Position numbers and translations under genes: made by a program. From NCBI RefSeq assembly GCF_009914755.1, contig NC_060947.1: a stretch of DNA of 64,000 nucleotides, one strand, 5' to 3'. The notes beneath the pieces are model-generated. The model worked only from the letters and a program-made list of their open reading frames with translations, was not told where the DNA came from and ran no database searches. Below are positions 57,201 through 64,000 of this stretch, in pieces (positions within the stretch are counted from its first letter, which is position 1; each line of letters starts with the position of its first letter). The DNA comes from the human T2T-CHM13v2.0 reference genome, Homo sapiens.

Positions 57201-58433
57201 TTAAAAAAAAAACAGCTCCTGGATTCATTGAGTTTTTTATTTTTTTGTGTGTATCTCCTTCAGTTCTGCTCTGATCTTAGTTATTTCTTGTCCTCTGCTA
57301 GCTTTTGAAATTGTTTGCTCTTGCTTCTGTAGTTCTTTTAATTGTGATGTTAGGGTGTCAATTTTAGATCTCTTCAGCTTTCTGATGTGGGCATTTAGTG
57401 CTAAAAATTTCCCTCTTAACACTGCTTAAGCTGTGTCCAGAGATTCTGGTATGTTATCTCTTTGTTCTCTTTGGTTTCAAAGAACTTATTTATTTCTGCC
57501 TTAATTTCTCTATTTACCCGGCAGTCATTCAGGAGCACATTGTTCAGTTTCCATGTAATTGTGCAGTTTTGAGTGAATTTCTTAATCTTGAGTTCTAATT
57601 TGACTGCACTGTGGTCTGAGATAAGGTTTTTTATTAAGTCTGTTCTTTTGCATTCGCTGAGGAGTGTTTTAGTTACAATTATATGGTCGATTTTAGAATA
57701 AGTGCTATGTGGTGTAGAGAAGAATGTATATTCTGTTGATTTGGAGTAGAGAGCTCTGTAGATGTCTATTATGTCTGCTTGGTCTGGAGCTGAGTTCAAG
57801 TACTAAATATCCTTGTTAATTTTCTATCTCATAGATCTGTCTACTATTGACAGTGGGGTGTTAAAGTCTCCCACTATTATTGTGTGGGAGTCCAAGTCTC
57901 TTTGTAGCTCTGAGAACTTGTTTTATGAATCTGGGTGCTCTTGTATGGATTGCATATATATTTAGTTAGTTCGTCTTGCTGCATTGATCCCTTTATGATT
58001 ATGTAATGCCTTCTTTGTCTTTTTTGATCTTTGTTGGTTTAAAGTCTGTTTTATCAGAGACTAGGATTGCAAACCCTGCTTTTTTCTGCTTTCCATTTAC
58101 TTGGTAAATATTCCTTCATCCTTTTATTTTGAGCCTATGTGTGTCTTTGCACATGAGATGAGTTTCCTGAATACAGCACACCAATGGGTCTTGACTCTTT
58201 ATCCAAATTGCCAGTCTGTGTCTTTTAATTGGGGGCATTTAGCCCATTTGCATTTAACGTTAATATTGTTATGTGTAAATTTGATCTTGTCATGATGATG
58301 CTAGCTAGTTATTTTGCACATTAGTTGATGCAGTTTCTTCATAGTGTTGTTGGTCTTTATATTTTGGTATGTTTTTACAGGGGCTGGTACCAGATTTTTC
58401 CTTCCATATTTAGTGCTTCCTTCAGGAGCTCTT
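54271..58433 (-). mobile_element. L1PA7/8-like element: 3'UTR, complete but frameshifted ORF2, end of ORF1
   Basis: 3'UTR ttttaagccccacatgcatta.gtatttgtcctaatg. ORF2 fragments include RT (GTRQGCPL-like, [13 protein letters not shown]; 56073-56600) and EN ([10 protein letters not shown]; 57416-57799). Confidence 0.95.
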
Positions 58434-60328
58434 GCTGCCAGCACAGCAGTCTGAAGTGGACCTGGGACAATTGAGCTTGGTCGGGGGAAGGGCATCCAAC
58501 ATTGCTGAGGCTTCAGTAGGCGGTTTTCCCCTGACAGTCTTAAGGAGCGGGGGAAATTCGGACTGGGTGGAACTCACCACAGTGCAGCAAAGTGGCTGTG
58601 GCCAGACTGCCTTTCTAGATTCCTCCTCACTGGGCAGGGCATCTCTGAAAGAAAGGCAGCAGCCCCAGCCAGGGGGCTTATAGATAAAACTCCCAACATC
58701 CTGGGACAGAGCACCTGGGGGAAGGGGAGGCAGTGGGCACAGCTTCAGTGGACTTAAACATTCCTGCCTGCCATCTCTGAAGAGAGCAGCGAATCCAGAC
58801 AAGGAGGATTCTTCCAGCACAGTGCTCGAGCTCTGCTAAAGGACAGACTGCCTCCTCAAGTGAGTCCCTGACCGCCATGCCTCCTGACTGGGAGAGACTT
58901 CCCAGCAGGGGTCAACAGACACCTCATACAGGGGAGCTCTGGTTGGCATCAGACTGGTGCCCTTCTGGGATAAAGCTTCTAGAGGAAGGTGCAGGCAGCA
59001 ATCTTTGCTGTTCTGCAGCCTCTGCTGGTGATACCCAGGCAAACAGAGTCTGGAGTGGACCTCCAGCAAACTCCAGCGGACCTGCCATAAGAGAGGACTG
59101 ACTGTTAGAAGAAAAAATAACAAACAGAAAGCAATAACATCAGCTTCAACAAAAAGGACACCCACACAAAAACCCCATCCACAGGTCATCAGCCTCAAAG
59201 ATCAAAGGTAGATAAATCCACGAAGATGAGGAAAAAACAGCACAAAAATCCCGAAAAATTTCAAAAACCAGAATGCCTCTTCTCCAAGTGATTGTAACTC
59301 CTCTCCAAGGGCACAAAACTGGATTGAGAATGAGTTTGACGAATTGACAGAAGTAGGCTTCAGAAGGTGGATAATAACACTCCTCTGAGATAAAGGAGCA
59401 TGTTCTAACCCAATGCAAGGAAATTAAGAACCTTTATAAAAGGTTACAAGAACTGCTAACTAGAATAACCAGTTTAGAGAAGAACATAGATGATCTGATA
59501 GAGCTGAAAAACACAGCACGAGAACTTCATGAAGCATACACAAGTATCAATAGCAGAATCGATCAAGTGGAAGAAAGTGTATCAGAGATTGAAGATCAAC
59601 TTGCTGAAATAAGTTGTGAAGACAAGATTAGAGATAAAAGAATGAAAAGGAATGAACAAAACCTCCAAGAAATATGGGACAATGTGAAAAGACCAAACCT
59701 ACGATTGACTGGGGTCCCTGAAGGTGACAGCGAGAATGGAACCAAGTTGCAGAAGACACACCAGGATATTATCCAGGAGAACTTCCCAACATAGCAATAC
59801 TGGCCAACATTCAAATTCAGGAAATACAGAGAACACCACTAAGATGCTCCTCGAGAAGAGCAACACCAAGACACATACTCGTCAGATTTTCCAAGGTTAA
59901 AACTAAGGAAAAAATGTTAAGGGCAGCCAGAGAGAAAGGTCAGGTTACCTACAAAGGGAATGCCCATCAGAATAGCAGATCTCTCTGCAGAAACACTACA
60001 AGCCAGAAGAGAGTGGGGTCAATATTCAACACTCTTAATAAAAAAAAGAATTTTCAACCCGGAATTTCATAACCAGCCAAACTAAGCTTCATAAGCGAAG
60101 GAGAAATAAAATTCTTTCCAGACAAGCAAATGTTGAGGGATTTTGTCACCACCAGGCCTGTCTTACAAGAGCTCCTGAAGGAAGCATTAAATATGGAAAG
60201 GAAATTCCAGTACCAGCCCCTGCAAAAACACACCAAAATATGAAGACTAACAACACTTTGAAGAAACTGCATCAACTAATGTGCAAAATAACCAGCTAGC
60301 GTCATGATGACAGGATCAAATTCACACA
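58434..60328 (+). mobile_element. L1PA7/8-like 5'UTR (5'-truncated), ORF1 and ORF2 start; inverted 5' part of the adjacent copy
   Basis: 5'UTR ctgccagcacagcagtctgaag...ggacagactgcctcctcaagtg. ORF1 peptide RMKRNEQNLQEIWDNVKRPNLRL. Ends atgacaggatcaaattcacaca. Confidence 0.93.
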
Positions 60329-60329
60329 G

Positions 60330-60428
60330 ATTTAGTTGTGTTTTATTTATTTCACTTATCTGATTTATCTGGCTAGAATTTCAGGTACTATGTGAATAGG
60401 AGTGGTGAAAGTGAGCATCCTTGTCTTA
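60330..60428 (-). mobile_element. L1PB/L1MA RT-region remnant
   Basis: ctggctagaatttcaggtactatgtgaataggagtggtgaaagtgagcatccttgtctt. Confidence 0.75.
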
Positions 60429-60429
60429 T

Positions 60430-61320
60430 TGATGAATAGTTTGATTCCATTATTGTTCAAGAACAACATTCTGTATGGTTTCAATACTTTTAAATTTAAG
60501 TGTTTTTTTTATTTCAATTATTTGAAGTTTAAGACTTTTTTTTTTTTGGTAATTACTCAGACTATGGTCTATTGGGGTGAATGTCCCATGGACATTTGAT
60601 ATATATTCTGCTATTGTTGGGTGGAATGCTCAATGTGATTTTGTTTATATGTTCTATATGCTTTCTGACATTTTTGTGTAATAGTTCTATCAATTACCAA
60701 GAAAATAATGTTGTAGACGTAAACATAATTGTGAATTCAGCTTTTACCTTTCAGCTCTATCAGCTTTCGCTTCATGTATGTTAAAGCTCCATTGTTTGGC
60801 ACACACACACATTTAGGTTTTGTTTAACTTCTTGATGTATTGATCTTCTTATCATAACTGAATATACCTCTTTGTCTCTATTAATTTTCTGTGATTTAAT
60901 ATTCCTGTTATACATATTAATGTAGTCAGTTCTGTTGTCATTTGATAAATGTGTCCATGGTATATAATTTTTAATCATTTTACTTTTAATTGCTCAATGT
61001 CATTCTATTTGGAGTGAGTTTCTTCTAGACACCATAAGTTTGGGCTATGTTGTTTTTATTCTCTCTAAAAATCCAGTTTGGTTTTTTATTTTTGGTATAG
61101 ACCATTTGCATGTTAAATAATTATTGATATGTTAGGCTTAATTATATTATTTTATTATTAATTTTCTGTTTGTTTCCTGTTCCTTTCTTTTTTCTCTTGC
61201 TTATCTGTGAGTTTCATGAACGTATTTTTAGGATTCCATCTTGATATATTTATAGTATTTTTGAGTATATCCCTTTGTCTACTTTTCTTAATGGTTGTTC
61301 TGTGTATTAGAAAATACATA
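60430..61320 (-). mobile_element. Old L1M ORF2 endonuclease-region fragment
   Basis: ORF 60781-60978 (NRDKEVYSVMIRRSIHQE) is a degenerate L1 EN. Confidence 0.7.
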
Positions 61321-61327
61321 TATAAAC

Positions 61328-61458
61328 GTAGTGGACTGAATATTTGTATCCCTCTAAAATTCATATATTAAAATCTTAACCCAAAAATGATAGTATTAAG
61401 AGTTTGAACTTTAGGTATTAATTATCTCATGAGGGTTCCATCCTTATTAATGGGATTA
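61328..61458 (+). mobile_element. MLT1A-type LTR 5' fragment
   Basis: gtagtggactgaat.tttgt.tccc.c.aaaattcatat.ttaaaatc.taaccc...catgagggt...aatgggatta. Confidence 0.75.
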
Positions 61459-63691
61459 AATTGAATTAGTAATAAAATATCTACAACCAAAAAAAAATAG
61501 CCCAGGACTAGATATATTCATAGGCAAATTCTACAAGACATACAAAGAGCTACTACCCATCTTCCTGAAACTATTCCAAAAATTTGAGAAGGGACTCCTC
61601 CCTAACTCATTCTACAATTCCAGCATCACTCTGATACAAAAACTTGGCAAGGTACAACAAAGAAAACTACAGGCCAATATCTCTCATGAATATAGACACA
61701 AAAATTATTGACAAGGTACTAGTAAAATAAATCAAATAGCACATTGAAAAGTTAATTTACCATGATCAAGTAGGCTTCATACCTGTCATGCAATCTTGGT
61801 TCACCATGCTCAAATCAATAAATGAGATTCACCACAGGAACAGAATTAAAAAGCCAAACAATATGATTACCTCAAAAGACAGAGAGAAAGCTTTCAATAG
61901 AATCTAACATCCCTTCATGATTAAAACCCTAAAATAATCCTAGGCATCAAAAGAACATACTTCAAAATAGTAAGAACCATCTATTACAAACCCACAGCAA
62001 ACCTTATATTGGAAAGGCAAAAGTTGAAAACATTCCCCTTGGTAACTGGAACAAGACAACTATGCCTACTCTCACCACTCCTGTTTAACATAGTACTGGA
62101 AGTACTAGCCAGAACAGTCTCTCAAGAGAAAGAAATAAAAGGCATGCAAACATGAAAAAAGAGTCAAACTATGTTTTCATGGATGATATGATTTTATTCC
62201 CCCAGTATTCTGAAAGCTCTGCCAAATGGCTCCTGGAACTGATAAATGTCTTCAGTAAAATTTCAGAATACAAATCATACTAAAATGTGTAGCAATTGTA
62301 TACAGAAATAACATTCAAGCTGAGTGCCAAGTCACGAATGCAAACCCATTCGTAATAGCCACACAAAATATAAAATACCCAGGAATACATCTAACCAAGG
62401 AGGTGTAAAATCTCTACAAGAAGAACCAAGAAACACTGCTCAAAGAAATCAGAAATGACACAAATGGAAAACATCCATGCACATGGATTAGAAGAATCAA
62501 TATTATTAAAATGCCCATAATGCCAAAAGCAATCTATAGATTCAATGCAATTCCTATCAAGAACCAACATCATTTTTCCTAGAACTAGAAATAACTATTC
62601 TAACATTCAAATTTTAGAGTATTTCATAATTTGAATATTTTATATTTCATAATTAGAATATTTCATGATTAGAATATTCATAATTTGAATAGCCAAAGTA
62701 ATTCTAAGCAAAAAGAACAAAGCCAGAGATATCACATTACCTGACTTCGAACTATACACCAAGACTACAGTACCATAACAGCATGGTACTCATACAGAAA
62801 CAGACACATAGAACAGAGGAACAGAATAGTAAACCCAGAAATAAAGCCACACACAACCATCTGATCTTCAACAAAGTCAATAAAAACAAGTAAATGAGAA
62901 AGGATTCCTGATCTGATAAATGCTGTTGATGTATCTAGCTAGCCATATGTAGATTAATGAAACTGGACACCTACCTTCCGCCATATACAAAAATTAACTC
63001 AATGTGTATTAGATATATAAATGTAAGACCTCAAACTATGAAAATCCTAGAAGAAAACCTAGAAGAAAATTCTGGACATAAGAGTTGGGAAAGAGTATTA
63101 AGACCTCAAAAGCAATTGCAATAAAAACAAAAATTCACAAGTGGAAACTAATTATACTAAAGAGATTTTGCACAGCAAAATAATCAACAGATTAAATAGA
63201 CAACATACAGAATGGGGGAAAGTATTCAAAACTATACATATGGCAATGGTCTACTATCCAGAATCTATAAGGAACTTAATTTGATAAGCAAAAAACAACC
63301 CCATTAAAAAGTGGGAAAAGGAAACCAAGAGACGTGTCGCAAAAGAAAACTTGAGTGGCCAATAAACATATGAACAAATTGCCAATTGTCAATTATTAAA
63401 ATTTCAAAAAACAACAGATTCTCACGAGGCTGTGCAGAAAAGAGAATGCTCATTACACTGTTGGTGGAAATGTAATTTAGTTCAGCCACTGTGTAAAGAA
63501 GTTGGGAGATTTCTCAAAGAATTAAAAAGGAACTACCATTAGACCTGACAATTCTAGTAATGGGTATATACCCAAAGAAAAATAAATAATTCTACCAAAA
63601 TGACACATTCACTCATATGTACATTGCAGCACTAATCACAATAGCAAAGATATGGAATCAACCTAGGTGTCCATCAACAGTGAATTGGATA
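61459..63691 (+). mobile_element. L1 (L1PA15/16-L1PB class) ORF2 RT-to-C-terminal segment
   Basis: ctccctaactcattctac...gaaaactacaggccaatatc...ggaacaagacaa...gggtatatacccaaag...tggaatcaacctaggtgtccatcaac. Confidence 0.9.
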
Positions 63692-63721
63692 ACTTTTGTA
63701 TTGTTGATTTTAGTTTTGTTG

Positions 63722-64000
63722 TTTCAAGATAGTAGATTGGAATTATTGTTAGCATGCTTCTTGCAGTTGGAAAGAAAAATAGTGTGTAGAGATTCATGCT
63801 GTGAACTTTTTTTTCCAAGAAGGAACATGGATACTTAGGAAAACTGAAAGAAACCACAGACCCTTTGAAAGAAGTGACAGGCTACATACACCATGACCCA
63901 TGCTGGAAAACTGTGAGTCCCCAGAGTATGACAGGGAGAGGGTTTCCCTCTGTGTTATAAACTCACACTGGGGAATCTGCAATCCAGGCCATGGTGGAAT
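63722..64000 (+). mobile_element. Probable old L1 5'UTR start, running off the window
   Basis: caagatagtagatt...ctgtgaactttt.ttccaagaagga resembles the L1 5' end at 12425-12540. Confidence 0.55.

Overview
This is primate (very likely human) nuclear DNA: AT-rich, CpG-depleted, and built almost entirely of interspersed repeats (LINE-1 of many ages, Alu, MaLR/ERVL LTRs, MIR/L2, hAT MITEs) plus microsatellites. I see no protein-coding gene, RNA gene, CRISPR array or prokaryote-style system. The long ORFs are fragments of L1 ORF1/ORF2, Alu-derived frames or chance frames. The window looks like a gene desert or a large intron; I cannot place it on a chromosome. What is unusual is structural. (1) At least five L1 copies have 5'-inversion (twin-priming) architecture, and three of them break within the same ~45-nt L1 segment next to the palindrome TGGGTATATACCCA. 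(2) A ~110-bp, ~96%-identical inverted duplication of apparently unique DNA has one copy inside a self-complementary microsatellite. (3) A ~200-bp fold-back palindrome in an old L1 was later split by a young L1PA2-like insertion. (4) A near-full-length L1PA7/8 carries an inverted 5' half, a 160-bp duplication and an apparent target deletion. Repeat subfamily names come from recalled consensus motifs and need RepeatMasker/Dfam confirmation. Boundaries of old elements are approximate.
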